64,000 nucleotides of DNA, taken from Eledone cirrhosa (lineage: Eukaryota). The stretch is taken from the NCBI GenBank assembly GCA_964016885.1, contig OZ024743.1:229896001-229960000 (forward strand), given 5' to 3'. Of the stretch, positions 1 through 12,290 are shown in pieces (position 1 is the first letter of the stretch; each line of letters starts with the position of its first letter). The notes below the pieces were generated by a model, which worked only from the letters and a program-made list of their open reading frames with translations, was not told the origin of the DNA and made no database searches. The position numbers and the translations under genes are program-made.

Positions 1-689
1 GTTTGTTGTGTGTTTAATTAGATTTCTTAACTTCTATTTTGTATCTGACCATTGAAGGAGTGTATCAAGTTGTGAAATCACGCAGCTTAGCTGTTAGGGT
101 GTTTACCTGACCACCATAAGATCATGGGTTCAATCTCATTATGGCTTAATAAAGGCGTACAGCCATAAGCCAACCTTGTAGACATGCTTTCAATAACATT
201 GGTTGTTGGTAATGTATATATGTTGGTAATGTATATATGAATACAAAATCTTAGGAATCTATATCTTCATCAGTGTTTAGAGGGTAAGATATGATTAGAT
301 TGCTATATTTAGCAAATTATAGTCGTAGTAGTTGCTGTTATTTTTGTTGTTATTGTAAAACCAAATATCTGTTCTGATCTAGCAAACATATGGTAAAAAA
401 TATTTTAGTCCTAATCTTCCCGCCTGTTTATATATCATTGTTGGTTTCTAATCCACTGCAGAGAAATAGCATATGGAATCATTTTGCTACCAAGACAAAA
501 TCTCAATAGCAAAGGAATCTTTTGGGGTGTATCTCTGTTGCTTAAGATTTAAGAAGGAACAGGATCCTCTTTGGTGATAAAAGGCCAAGAATTCAGAATC
601 TTTGATTGTGTTTGCTTTTCCAGGGCAAAAACCTGGGCATCGTGTTTTATAGAAAATAAGCTGTCACCCATAAATGCAGCTTCTCATAT

Positions 690-850
690 TCACTCATGAG
701 AAAGGCATTTACCGATACTGCTTGGTACCAGTGCCCACTTTTTCCAGATGATTGGATTGAGCCGCCAAAAATAAAGTGTCTTGCACCGATCGGTCTAGGA
801 ATTGAACCAACGACCTTACGATCAGCCCCGTAACCACACAGCCGCGCACT
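690..850 (-). mobile_element. Decayed tRNA-derived SINE (CORE-like body)
   Basis: Minus strand has a B-box-like GGTTCAATTCC followed by GCAAGACACTT; resembles the copy at 5212-5490. Confidence 0.5.
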
Positions 851-1294
851 TTTACTGGATAAAATAATGGAACTTGGATTTACAAAATCATAAATTTAAG
901 TCTTTTATGAAATCACTCTTTGCTGTCTTATGCAATTTCCCTAAAAGTCTCTAGTCCAGTCATATCCACATTTCATTTTAACCAAACAGCAACTATATAT
1001 AAATCTCTGGATTTTCAGGTTTTTAGCGTTGATAAGAGATGGGCAAGGAAAAAGAATAATGTAAAAAGATATTCAAACGAAGAGAAAGCGAAAAGATAGA
1101 AGAAATCTATCAAACGTTAAAATCCTAAACTAATGATTGCTGTTTATATACTATTCGATTAAATTGGGGTTTTAGATCAAGCTGAATTTCTCTCTCTGTC
1201 CCTCTCTCTCACTCTCGCTCTCCCTCTCTCTGTATGTATGTATATATATATACAAATACAAACACACCCATGCACAAATACACACACACACATG

Positions 1295-1356
<62 letters not shown>

Positions 1357-1446
1357 GTAATAATAATAAATTTGAAGACTCAAATCCAAAGAGGGCTCGA
1401 TAAGGATAAATATATAAGAACCGTAGAGCAAATATTTATTAAAATA

Positions 1447-1523
1447 ACAGATTAAAGTTTAAGCAAAGTATCGCTGCTTTCACCCTTAACGGGATCTTCT
1501 GAAACTAAACAAAATCAATCTGT
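1447..1523 (-). ncRNA. Type I hammerhead ribozyme, family A (U4A core)
   Basis: Reverse-complement homologue of the 3824-3900 fold. Confidence 0.7.
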
Positions 1524-2215
1524 GAACGCAGAAGTAAATATTTCAAAAAACGTTGCAACCGAAGGAAGACAGGAAGACGATACTTTGGTTCGTGGAAACG
1601 TTCTCTGGCAAAGAACGGATAAAGACAAAGATGATACGTAATTATTTGGAGGGGTGAAAACAATTACACGCAAAGACAAAACCACGTTTATGGTATAAAT
1701 GAAGTCGTAGACTAATATTCTGTTAGGTGGTTCGTAGAGACGTTCCCTGGCAATGAACGGAAAAAACGAAGATAATACGTCATTATGTGGAGCGTTAAGA
1801 ACAATTACTCGCAAAGACAAAACTACGTATATGGTATAACTGAAGTCGTAGACTAAAATTCTATTAGGAAACCGAATGATTCCCGGCTTCAGAGTTAAGA
1901 ATAAAGTAAATAAATTACAGAGGTAATTGAAATTAAATATATACATGCACGCAACCAAATACGTACAAACACAAGCATACGCGAAATCACCCGCAATGGG
2001 TATGCCAATACAAGCACGTAAAAATAAAACAAAAATAAACACACGCACGTACATACAGACCCCACGTAACGCCTGACCCGCACGCAAACGAACGTATACA
2101 CCAAATACACATAAAAATATATATAATATATATATATATGTGTTTGTGTGTGAGTGTGCGTGTATACATATAATTATATAAACATATAGAGATATACACA
2201 CATAAATACGTATAA

Positions 2216-2819
2216 ATTTTAATGGTATTTCTATTAAAAGTTTTACTATAATTATGTACTGGGGGGAAATGCTTTATAATAGAAATACCATTAACATGTC
2301 TTACTCTACGACTCCTAACCTGGCACATAACATCACAGCTTCAAATTTAGCTAAATTACCTAGCAGTAGAAACACGTGCAACCCTGTAGCTAGTACTAGC
2401 TGTAATTGTAGGAATCGGGTTGACTGCCCCTTATCCGGAAAATGCCTCCTAGTAATATTGTCTACAAATGTAAGGTGGAAACATCCACGTCCCGTAGGGC
2501 CTACATAGAGTTAACCGCCAATAGATTCAAGCAGGTCTTTACATGCATATCCATTCTTTTCTTAACCCTTTAAGAAGGAATATGACGTCACTTTCAGCTT
2601 ATATCTGGAATCTAAAAGACAACCACACCCAATATAAGTTACACTGGGAGATCCTAGCTAGGGCTAGATCGTATAACGGAAATTAAAGACCATGTGACCT
2701 CTGCGTGCTCTACGCCAAAGACCACATCTTAAACAAAAAATCTGAGGCAATTTCGGTTTGTAAACATAAATTGCACTTTTTCCTGTATTACAGCCCCACA
2801 TTATACCCTAACGGATAGT
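2216..2819 (+). pseudogene. Penelope-type GIY-YIG endonuclease C-terminal remnant (frameshifted)
   Basis: Translated motifs NRNTINMSYS, CNCRNRVDCPLSGKCL, YIWNLKDNHTQYKLHWEILARARSY, CDLC and LNKKSEAISVCKHK, typical of PLE linker and endonuclease regions. Confidence 0.85.
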
Positions 2820-3189
2820 ACGAACTATACGCGAAAATGTTACGTCTTGATGTGGTAGTTAAGTATATGTTATGTTTATACCATTACTTATTTGTATAGG
2901 TATGTATATTTTACTTGTATGTTTTGTGAAGGTACATATACTTTCTCGTACGTATATTTGCTTGTATATGTTATGGCGTATATATTATATATACTGGTAC
3001 ATGTGCATATGGTTATGCGTATACGTGAGTTTTGCGTCTGTGTAAGTATGCGGGTTCGTACTTTGTGTTTTGGTTGTACGTCTGCGTACATATGTGTATT
3101 TACAGGTGGTATGTGTGTGAGCGCGTTTATACGTATTTATGTGTGTATATTTTTATACGTTTATATAATTATATGTATACACGCACACC

Positions 3190-3234
<45 letters not shown>

Positions 3235-3823
3235 TTATGTGTATTTGGTTATACGTTCGTATGCGTGCGGGTCAGGCGTTGCGTGGGGTCTGTATGTGCG
3301 TGCGTGTTTTTTTAATTTTTTTTGTGTGTACGTGCTTGTATTGGCATACCCATTGCGGGTGTTTTCGCGTATGCTTGTGTATGTACGTATATGGTTGCGT
3401 GCATGTATATATTTAATTTCAATTACCTCTATAATTTTTTACTTTATTCTTTACTCTGAAGCCGGAAATCATTCGGTCTCCTAATAGAATTTTAGTCTAC
3501 TTCTTCAGGTATACCATATACGTGGTTTTGTCTTTGCGAGTAATTGTTCTTACCGCTCCACATAATGACGTATTATGTTCGTTTTTTCCGTTCATTGCCA
3601 GAGAACGTCTCTACGAACCACCTAATAGAATATTAGTCTACGACTTCATTTATACCATAAACGTGGTTTTGTCTTTGCGTGTAATTGTTTTTCCGCACAA
3701 AATGATGACGTATTATCTTTGTCTTTATCCGTCCTTTGCCAGGGAACGTTTCCACGAACCAAAGTATCGTCTTCCTGTCTTCCTTCGGTTGCAACGTTTT
3801 TTCAAATATTCACTTCTGCGTTC

Positions 3824-3900
3824 ACAGATTGATTTTGTTTAGTTTCAGAAGATCCCGTTAAGGGTGAAAGCAGCGATTCTTTGCTTAAACTTTAATCTGT
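3824..3900 (+). ncRNA. Type I hammerhead ribozyme, family A (U4A core)
   Basis: AGTTT-CAGAAGA-T(CCC gttaa GGG)T-GAAA-GCA..TGC-TT-AAACT; distal stem I ACAGATTGA pairs with TTAATCTGT. Confidence 0.75.
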
Positions 3901-3934
3901 TATTTTAATATATATATATATATATATACATATA

Positions 3935-4050
3935 TTTATTAAAATAACAGATTAAAGTTTAAACAAAGAATCGCTGCTTTCACCCTTCACGGGATCTTCT
4001 GAAACTAAAAAAATCAATCTGTGAACTCAGAAGTGAATATTTCAAAAAAA
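3935..4050 (-). mobile_element. Extra partial family A pseudo-LTR with hammerhead (3947-4022)
   Basis: Near-identical to 1435-1550. Confidence 0.75.
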
Positions 4051-4064
4051 AAATATATATAAAT

Positions 4065-4452
4065 ATGGTGGCTGCCAACTCGTTTTCGAGTACGGCCACT
4101 AATTTATATCCATGTAGGAGAACCCCTACCGATGCACTGAACGAGTGTGACGTTTTAGTCCAGCCAGAGACTTGAAAACTCTGGTACAAACACAACACTT
4201 GTGACAATTATTAACACATATTGTTGGGCCTATTGTACCATGTGACGACAAGTGCAGAGAGATCTCAAGATATAAAGCAATGCCTGTGCCGTGAAGCTTT
4301 TATAGTGAGCAAAGGCACTGCACAAACCCAGTCCCACTCTCTTAAGCAAGATGATATTTACCAAAAAGAAGTACAAGTCAACATCATTGGATACCATCAG
4401 AGTTACAGGTTTTATATCAGAGTTTTCCTTCTCCTAGAATTCTGCCTTGACA
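4065..4452 (-). mobile_element. Truncated copy of the non-autonomous RTE-related element at 42744-43353
   Basis: Colinear and highly similar to 42744-43130. Confidence 0.7.
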
Positions 4453-4470
4453 GGTACACACACTATATAC

Positions 4471-4519
<49 letters not shown>

Positions 4520-4541
4520 CACATATGTATAATTATATATA

Positions 4542-4623
<82 letters not shown>

Positions 4624-5055
4624 TATATAGTGTGTGCATAGTGTGTGTACCTGTACAGGCAATTTTTATTTGATTACTGATAAAGTGTGACGCCTCTCTC
4701 TCTCTCTATATATATATATGTATGTGTGTGTGCGTGTAAGTATATGAATGTGTGTGCACATATTGTTGTCTATTTTTAGTAGTAACATAATTACGTATTT
4801 ATCTACATTTTTGTCGAAAGAAAGATGTAAATTTTCGTGTCCATGCTATGTTTTGTTATCGTCTCTCATGCATCTTAGCAACAAAGTAGTTTACTTATCT
4901 GTTGTACAAGTTGTAAATACCACAATAATGTGCAATATTGCTCACTGGCAAGGTGGCTGATGATATAGAGATGCAATTGTCTGTTCGGCAAATATAACTG
5001 TACTGCAGTGTGCATATTCTTCTGCTAATATATAAATATATGCATAGTAGTTATA

Positions 5056-5166
<111 letters not shown>

Positions 5167-5183
5167 TGAGAGAAAGAGAAAGA

Positions 5184-5211
<28 letters not shown>

Positions 5212-5214
<3 letters not shown>

Positions 5215-5490
5215 GCACCTGGCCTAGTGGTCAGGTTGTTGGACTTAAGATCATAATATCGTGGATTTGTTTCCTGGGTTGCGTGTTCTGTTCTTGAGCA
5301 AAACACTTCATTTCACGTTTCTCCAGTATACTTAGCTGAAAATGAGCACCAGCAATAGTTGGGGGTTTAACCCTGCGATGGACTGGTGTCCGTCCAGAGG
5401 GTCTTGTACTCTCAGTCGGTTCACGCCATGAAACCGTGATAAGCACCGACCAAATGAGCCTTCTGGCTTAAGACAGACGTTAGACTTAGA
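5212..5490 (+). mobile_element. tRNA-derived SINE (CORE/V-like body)
   Basis: A-box TGGCCTAGTGG, then TTGAGCAAAACACTT and CCCTGCGATGGACTGG. Confidence 0.7.
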
Positions 5491-5523
5491 TACACACATA
5501 TATATATACATGTATGTATATAT

Positions 5524-5554
<31 letters not shown>

Positions 5555-5557
<3 letters not shown>

Positions 5558-5750
5558 CAAAGGATTTGTGGTAAGGAACCAGATGGACCATAACGCACCA
5601 GAGTACTCAATACTTAGGGTAGTAGAGTGGGAAATAGGAAAAAGTATGACACCGACGGCAGAGCTCAAGCCGTTTCGACGGCTATTTCTGGACTGAAATA
5701 GCCGTCGAAACGGCTTGAGATCTGCCGTCGGGGTCATACGTTTTCCTATA
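5555..5750. repeat. Fold-back fragment of hammerhead-like family G (also 14800-14960 and 27510-28125)
   Basis: About 5635-5687 pairs with about 5695-5749; sequence is shared with 28000-28125; flanked by (TA)n. Confidence 0.75.
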
Positions 5751-6215
5751 TATATATATATATATGGGGAGGGGTGCATGTGTGAGTGTGTGTGCATTAT
5801 ACAAATTTATTTCTGCTTGAATGAATGGAGACCTGAACAATAACGATACTGAACAGACAAATCATAATCCCCACTCATGAGACGTCAAACTGGAACAGGA
5901 ACTATATGATTTGAACTTGATTACAGATGATATCACTATCCATCTAAGGGTATGAGACGAAAAAGGGAAAAATCTATCCCCTGGAAGAAATATATGTTAG
6001 ACATTACAAAACAGTGATAAAACAGAAAGTAAAGAGCGGAACAGAATAACACAAGGGAGAACGAATAGAATGTCTTTCGACAGATAAAAATGAAAACGGC
6101 TGGCGGAAGTTAATGGAAATACCGGAAGGCAAATTATGGGAAAAGAGCGAGAGATAAAAGTAAGGGAAATACATATATACATAATTATACATACATGTAT
6201 GTATACATACACACG

Positions 6216-6320
<105 letters not shown>

Positions 6321-6346
6321 ATATGTATATATATATATATATAAAC

Positions 6347-6395
<49 letters not shown>

Positions 6396-6974
6396 TTCAT
6401 TGTATTGCTTCCAGTAGAAACTGAAGCTAATAATCTTACTGTCAGTTTGCCTAAAATCGCTTTTACATCGAGAAATTATAACTGCGGAACAAACTGCAAG
6501 CTGCCACTTTTACGGGTGTGTGTCTTCCCGACTCTGTCTATCGCTCTCAATTCCCCCACAGTCTCTCATTCTGTTTTTCTCTTTCACTCACCCCTTCTCA
6601 GTATACAATCTTAAAATCAAAGTAAATGATTATTTATTGTTACTCTGAGAAAATACTATTTCAACTAAGAAATTAAATCAAATCTATTTACATACATGCC
6701 AAGTTTTGATTTATTGAGCGGTGATTTTTCATCATCGCTTATTATTTTTATTATTAATAGTCGTTGGCAAGAGAAGACGTGTTTTTTGAAGCTCCGTGAG
6801 TTTGTTAATTTGAGTCGTTGTTTTTTTTTAAATTCAATCTGCTATTTGTATTGCAAAGGGGCTTAAGACTTCCGACTGTGTCCTGTGAAGAGGAGTCGTT
6901 ATCGTATTTGGGCCTTTTGGCGAAAATATTTGAACTTTATGGTTTTTGCATATTTAAAAGAAAATGGATGAACA

Positions 6975-7400
6975 CCACACCACCACCACGCTCACCACCA
7001 CCACCTTCACCACCACCACCAGCCTCACCACCACCACGAGAACATTAAGTCTGCTGTATCGTGATAGCGACTTGGAAGTTGAGAGGAGGGACAAAACAAA
7101 CGCAATTATGGACACACAGAAAAACATAATTACAAAAAAAAACATGCAACAACGAAATTATGAACACCTCCAACAACAGGAATAGCAACAACAGCAACAG
7201 TAACAACGACACAAGTAAAGAGAGCAACGGCAGCAACAGATCCAACAGCTCCAAGAGCAACATTGAAATTAAAAACAACACCAAAAAGAAGAACTGCACC
7301 AAGAACAACACTACTGTTGCTAACGCCGGGCTGTGGCCCACCACCACCACGAGCACCACCAAAACAACCAGCCGCTACAACAACGAAAACGCTACCACCA
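6975..7400. repeat. Degenerate (CAC)n/(CAA)n low-complexity tract
   Basis: Trinucleotide runs are visible directly. Confidence 0.7.
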
Positions 7401-7499
7401 ACGTTGACCGTCGAGGGGGATTACAAGGAAAGCTCCCCCTTCCTTAATACACACATTGAGAGAAACACAAACACACAGACACAGGCACACTTCCAGAAA

Positions 7500-9060
7500 C
7501 AGACACCTCGGGATGCCCTAGTCGGCTACACAAGGCGCAAGACCCCGGGTTTGGATGGTCTGTCCTACGAACTTTACGTAGATATGTCATACCTGTTGTC
7601 CATCCTCCTCAAAGCGCTCTGCTGCAACAGGAAGCAGAACTAGAGTATTACCAGTTCTGTGAACCGGAGTGTTGTGACGCCGATAAGAAAAAACGAGAAT
7701 AAGATTGATACCGTAGACAACTTGAGGGCCAAAACTCTGCTAAACACGGAGTTTAAGACTTTGGCCAAGGTATTTGCGAGGAGGATGGCGCTAGTCGTTG
7801 AGGATTTAGTAAGAGATTTGCAGCCTTGCGATATATCATAGAGAGGGTAGGGTGTAAGCCAAGCTTCGATGGGGTGTGATAAATTTAGATCAACCGAAAT
7901 TGTTCGATAGGGTTGACCCTCGATACCTCGCGGCTGTCATCAAGATGGGTGACTTCGGTCCCGTCTTCAGTGGCTGGATCACTGCAATGCACAGAGGCAC
8001 TTGCTAGGTGGTCAAAGTTACTGGACATCTTTCGGAACCGTTTCAGATCTCCAGATTGGCCTGTCATGGGCGTACGTATAGATTCTTGAGTCTTTACTGT
8101 GGAAGCTGTAGTTGTTGCAGGGCTTCCCTCTCCAATCGGGACTTGGAAAGGTTGTGTTGGCATATGCGGATGATATCAACGTGATGGTGTCGAATACCAC
8201 GAAAATCTAGATGGTCGGCTCCTACTTGGAAGAATATGAAAGGTTAACAAGTGCAAGTCGGTGAGCTTGTAGCTCGGCACCTGGATAGGCCACTACATGT
8301 TGATCAACAGCATCGTCGGGCGCTGTACCGACGGATCAATAAAGTTGCTCAGGTTCTAGTTCAGACCAGACCTCCAAGTGGATAAGAAATGAGACAAGGT
8401 TACGAAACAGGGTAGCCATTCTCACCCAGAAATAGGCCGAGAAGAAGCTATCCTTGAAATGTCTGGTGGGGGTGCTGAACGCATACATCGACTGCGTTAT
8501 TTATTAACGCCTGCGCGTCATGCCTTGAATCCTTTCGCACCTCGCTGAATTGGAACGGCTCCTCTTCAACTCCTTGTGGAGGGCACAGGTTCCGTTGGCG
8601 AGACGGTCCATCTACTGTCAGCACCGTTCTACGGAGAGGGCTGGGCATGCTCTGGTTGATGACGAGCAAACATGCGTTGAAGCTATAGCATTTTCAGATA
8701 TTCCTAACCGGTGAACAGGTGTGGTTGCTGTTTGTGGGACGAATCTTTTTGATACTCGTCTCTTTGACTGAGCTGCAGCCATGTGTCAACCGAAGATCTA
8801 GACTGTGTGCCTGGCTTCTTAAATGTAGCCAGGCGCTCACTTCCTTCTCCCAGTCTGGTAATGTAGCCTTTGGAAATTCCATTCTAGAGTTATGTAGAGT
8901 ACTATTGGTGGACATGTGCGAAGATGTTCTCTGCAAAGATCTGGGCGTTGACTGACCCGTCGGTTCCAGAGGACTGTGGATAAATTGCAGAAATCCCTGG
9001 CTTAGCAGTGCTACCTGGGGCTGCTGCCGGTTCGAGACAAATTCTACAGGCACGGAAGTC
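7500..9060 (+). mobile_element. Decayed L1/Tx1-clade LINE reverse transcriptase
   Basis: KTPGLDGLSYELY, NLRAKTLLNTEFKTLAKVFARRM and AYADDINV (about 8160); multiple stops and frameshifts. Confidence 0.8.
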
Positions 9061-9069
9061 CGGTTAGAT

Positions 9070-9440
9070 AATAATGAAATTATTGTGTGCAGTGCTCAGG
9101 TGCACTACAACTCATCAAAGGTGCATGTATAGTACGTAGAATAATGTACAAATGTCAGGAAAATGAGCAGTGTACGAGTCATGAAATAAACGTGTGCGTG
9201 GAGGGGGGGATCAGGTTTACTGTTGGTGAATCTCAGGAAGCATCGAGGTTTTAAAGGATGCAGTGGCAGTGTCTCGACATGTAACAACTGATGTAGGCAG
9301 TTTGTTCCATGCTTCCAAAACTCTGGGCGTGAAAAAATGTTTCCGAAAGTCATGGGAGCTGTGCTGTTTTCTGACCTTGTAGGCATGCCCACGTGTATTA
9401 GACACATGGAAATCAAAAAGATGAACCTCTCTAAAGTTTT
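9070..9440 (-). mobile_element. CR1-clade LINE 3' end
   Basis: TRGHAYKVRKQHSSHDFRKHFFTPRVLEAWNKLPTSVV is the typical CR1 ORF2 C-terminus, followed by a 3' UTR and ATT-rich tail. Confidence 0.8.
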
Positions 9441-9714
9441 CAAGGCACTCGTCCAGTGTCCGTGCATTACTGACTCGTGAAGTTTTATCCAACGGCTATT
9501 ATCGCGTGTAAGACAGATCGGGCTACCCATCGAGTGCATCGTGAAAATCGCCACGCCGCCTTCTTTTAGCCAGGAAGAGCAAGTAATTTTTCTCTCAATG
9601 GTAGCTGTGGCAAAAGAGTTTTATGGTGCACACGACTGAAAGGAATCTTAGGGCGGTGGAGGTTGGTAAATTGACAGTATCATTAGAACATGTTATTTAA
9701 CTTGGACTTTATAA

Positions 9715-9860
9715 CGTAGGGCCAAATCCCACCGAGGTCAACTTTGATTTTGATCCATCCGGGGTCTATGACTGTAGTACCAGTCTTTACTGGGGGAGAT
9801 ATAATGGACTTTCCTCTTCCATAAATTGCTGGCACTGAGCCAAAATTATAAAACGTTATT
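9715..9860 (-). mobile_element. Decayed copy of the Meta-domain-like SINE
   Basis: Similar to 41868-42060. Confidence 0.6.
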
Positions 9861-10388
9861 ATGAAAGTAAAAAAAACAAAACAATCCAAAGGAAGAGGCA
9901 GGACTTGTGCAATAGATCACTCACTGAACAATAATATTGGAACTATTACTGGGAATGAAAAATATCCAATAAGAATATCAACGACAGAGACGACAAAAAC
10001 ATAATTCCAGCTCTTTCGAATATTTTACCGATATATATGATGGCTGCAACTCGATTTCGAGTAATGCCATCACTTGGTACATAAACATGATCATCAGGAA
10101 CAAGGCTTTTAGTACTGCTAGGAACTTTTCTATGCCATCAATAACTTACATGACAAAAAAATGTCATATATCAAATAATGCCTTTGCTTAAAGCTTTTTT
10201 TAAGTGCGGAAAGGCTTTACACTCTCTGAACATCGAATGCATTTGCCCCCAAAGAAGAACTGGTCCACATCATTGGATGAAAACGAAGTGGCAGGTTTTA
10301 TAGCAGAATCATCATCTCCTAGAGAGATGTCTTAATGAAGACTATGATCGCTCGCCCCACGAAAAAAAAAAAAAAATATATATATATT

Positions 10389-10555
10389 GGATGGTCGTTG
10401 ACTCTCCTGAGTCTTTTCATAACGTACGGTGTCCAAAATCACATTCCTCGCCAAATAAGCTTGGTTGGGTTGCCGGATTAATCACCGACGACCCGACCAT
10501 GTGCCGGTTGTTCTGGGTTACATGTTACCAGTAACGCTGGATAGTGACCTGACAT
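10389..10555 (-). mobile_element. 5' fragment of the RTE-related non-autonomous element
   Basis: Similar to 43165-43353, 42435-42630 and 15085-15290. Confidence 0.6.
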
Positions 10556-10561
10556 AAATAT

Positions 10562-10607
<46 letters not shown>

Positions 10608-10668
10608 GTAAAAAATGAAAAGAAATTTCATTTCTCACTCTTAGTACGGCTGTTACTTAAATATAAGT

Positions 10669-11053
10669 ATGTATACGTACATACATATATGTATACAGAC
10701 GTACAGTAGTATGTATATATATATATATATATATATACATACCTGCACACATATATATATGTACCCCGGCCGATTAACTCACTCGATATGCAAATTAGGC
10801 TGCTCAGCCGTTAATATGCACAAGGAAAGTATATACTTTCAGACGTTCAACCATCTGGCAGGAAGGTATACGGTGCTGACGATAGCTAATAAGCTTGAAA
10901 CTAGTACAGCGTTCCTTTGTCAGTGTTGAACAAATGAGCAACGATGGTTGCTAGACACTGTACGGCTTAATTCGGGATGTTTGTTTACAAACACACCGAG
11001 CATTGTAATAATTGTTCGGTGAATCCATACGTACATATATATATGTGTGCATG

Positions 11054-11091
<38 letters not shown>

Positions 11092-11133
11092 CTACTGTAC
11101 GTCTGTATACATATATGTATGTACGTATACATA
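10669..11133. mobile_element. Inverted-repeat element with internal hammerhead (family B)
   Basis: 10669-10765 is the reverse complement of 11031-11133. Confidence 0.7.
10870..10912 (+). ncRNA. Minimal type I hammerhead, family B
   Basis: ACGGTG-CTGACGA-T(AGCT aata AGCT)T-GAAA-CTAG-TA-CAGCGT; palindromic stem III ACTAGT, one G-G mismatch in stem I. Confidence 0.75.
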
Positions 11134-11314
11134 TTATATATATATATATATAATATATATATGGTGCTCTGAAATAGTGATGTCTACATGAATGTATGTA
11201 TAGTATATTTGGCAATATAACGTATGTTTAATTAAAACATTTAGAAGACCATACGCTACCAGCTTTAAAGTAATGACTATGTCACTTAATTATTTTCAGC
11301 GAAAGAGGAAGAGA

Positions 11315-11356
11315 GTTTGACAGTGTGTTTCACGCTGATTGGCGTTCATCTTAACC
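11315..11356 (-). ncRNA. Hammerhead family C, inverted copy (core mutated)
   Basis: GGTT-AAGATGA-ACGC caatca GCGT-GAAA-CACACTG-TC; stem II is perfect in this copy. Confidence 0.6.
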
Positions 11357-11534
11357 ACGCACTTCCCAGCTTCCGCCGAATATTATAGAAGCTGGATTCT
11401 TATTAAATTCCAGTAATAATCAGGAACTGATTATACAGAACGATTGCCTGTCCAGCAAAAATTAGGTATTAGTAATGGTGCTCTGAAATAGTGATGTGCA
11501 TATGAATGTTTTCGGCAGAAGTTGGGAAGTGTGT

Positions 11535-11576
11535 GGTTCTGATGAACGCCTACCAGCTTGAAACAGACTGTCAGCC
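11535..11576 (+). ncRNA. Minimal type I hammerhead, family C
   Basis: GGTT-CTGATGA-ACGCCTACCAGCTT-GAAA-CAGACTG-TC-AGCC; GUC cleavage triplet. Confidence 0.8.
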
Positions 11577-11849
11577 TCTCTCCCTCATTCGTCGAAAATA
11601 AGTAATTGACATAGTCTCTACTTTAAAACTCATAGCGTATGGTCTTCTAAATGTTTTATATTAAACATATGGTATATTGCTAAATATACTATACAGACAT
11701 TCATGTATACATCGCTAATTCAGAGCACCAATCCTAATTCCTAATTTTTGCTGGACCAGCAATCGTTCTGTATAATCAGCTCCTGATTATTACTGGAATT
11801 CTATAAGAATATAGCTTCTATAATTTTCGGTGGAAGCTGGGAATTGTGT

Positions 11850-11891
11850 GGCTCTGATGATCGTCAACCAGCCTGAAACAGACTGCCAACC
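11850..11891 (+). ncRNA. Hammerhead family C, second tandem copy (cleavage triplet mutated to GCC)
   Basis: GGCT-CTGATGA...GAAA-CAGACTG-CC-AACC. Confidence 0.65.
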
Positions 11892-12013
11892 TCTCTTCCT
11901 CTTTCGCCGAAAATAAGTAAGTGACATAGTCATTACTTTAAAACTGATAGCATATGTTCTTCTAAATGTTTATAATTAAGCATACGGTATATTGCCAAAT
12001 ATACTATACATAC

Positions 12014-12062
<49 letters not shown>

Positions 12063-12069
<7 letters not shown>

Positions 12070-12290
12070 GTGAGGTTTTTTTACGAAATGAAAAATAACC
12101 AAGTTGTCCTACACAAGTGAAAGTATAAAGAAAAAAAAGATGAAATCTAAAATGCAACTGGAGTCTTATTTAACAAAAATATATATATATTTATTTGGTT
12201 CTTTTACCGGTTTCGCAGTTCTTCTGCTTTTCAAAACTAGAGTTGAGATGGGGGGTCTGTGGTTTTTCTCATATCTGGTTGGTCTTTGAA
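12063..12290 (-). mobile_element. Family D repeat with U3:A8 hammerhead at 12201-12238
   Basis: Homologous to 28790-29000 and 32074-32430; TTGAAAA-GCAG aagaa CTGC-GAAA-CCGG-TA. Confidence 0.75.

Larger units (their letters stand above)
1358..3910. mobile_element. Penelope-like element (family A): inverted pseudo-LTR, GIY-YIG remnant and 3' pseudo-LTR
   Basis: About 1432-2215 is the reverse complement of about 3127-3910. The arms enclose an endonuclease remnant, each carries a hammerhead fold, and both ends abut (TA)n/(TAA)n. Confidence 0.85.
11161..12015. mobile_element. 315-bp tandem hammerhead repeat plus inverted copy (family C; PLE pseudo-LTR or retrozyme-like)
   Basis: Plus-strand units have CTGATGA at 11539 and 11854 (period 315); 11161-11505 is the inverted unit; flanked by (TA)n. 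Confidence 0.8.

Noticed and set aside
1515-2201. 228-aa hydrophobic ORF and its mirror ORFs at 2892-3842
   Set aside because: They lie in the non-coding pseudo-LTR, the frame is not preserved between copies, and no motifs are recognisable.
11161-12015. Possible CRISPR-like array or LTR pair
   Set aside because: Eukaryotic context, no unique spacers, and no TG..CA termini or primer-binding site; better explained as hammerhead repeats.
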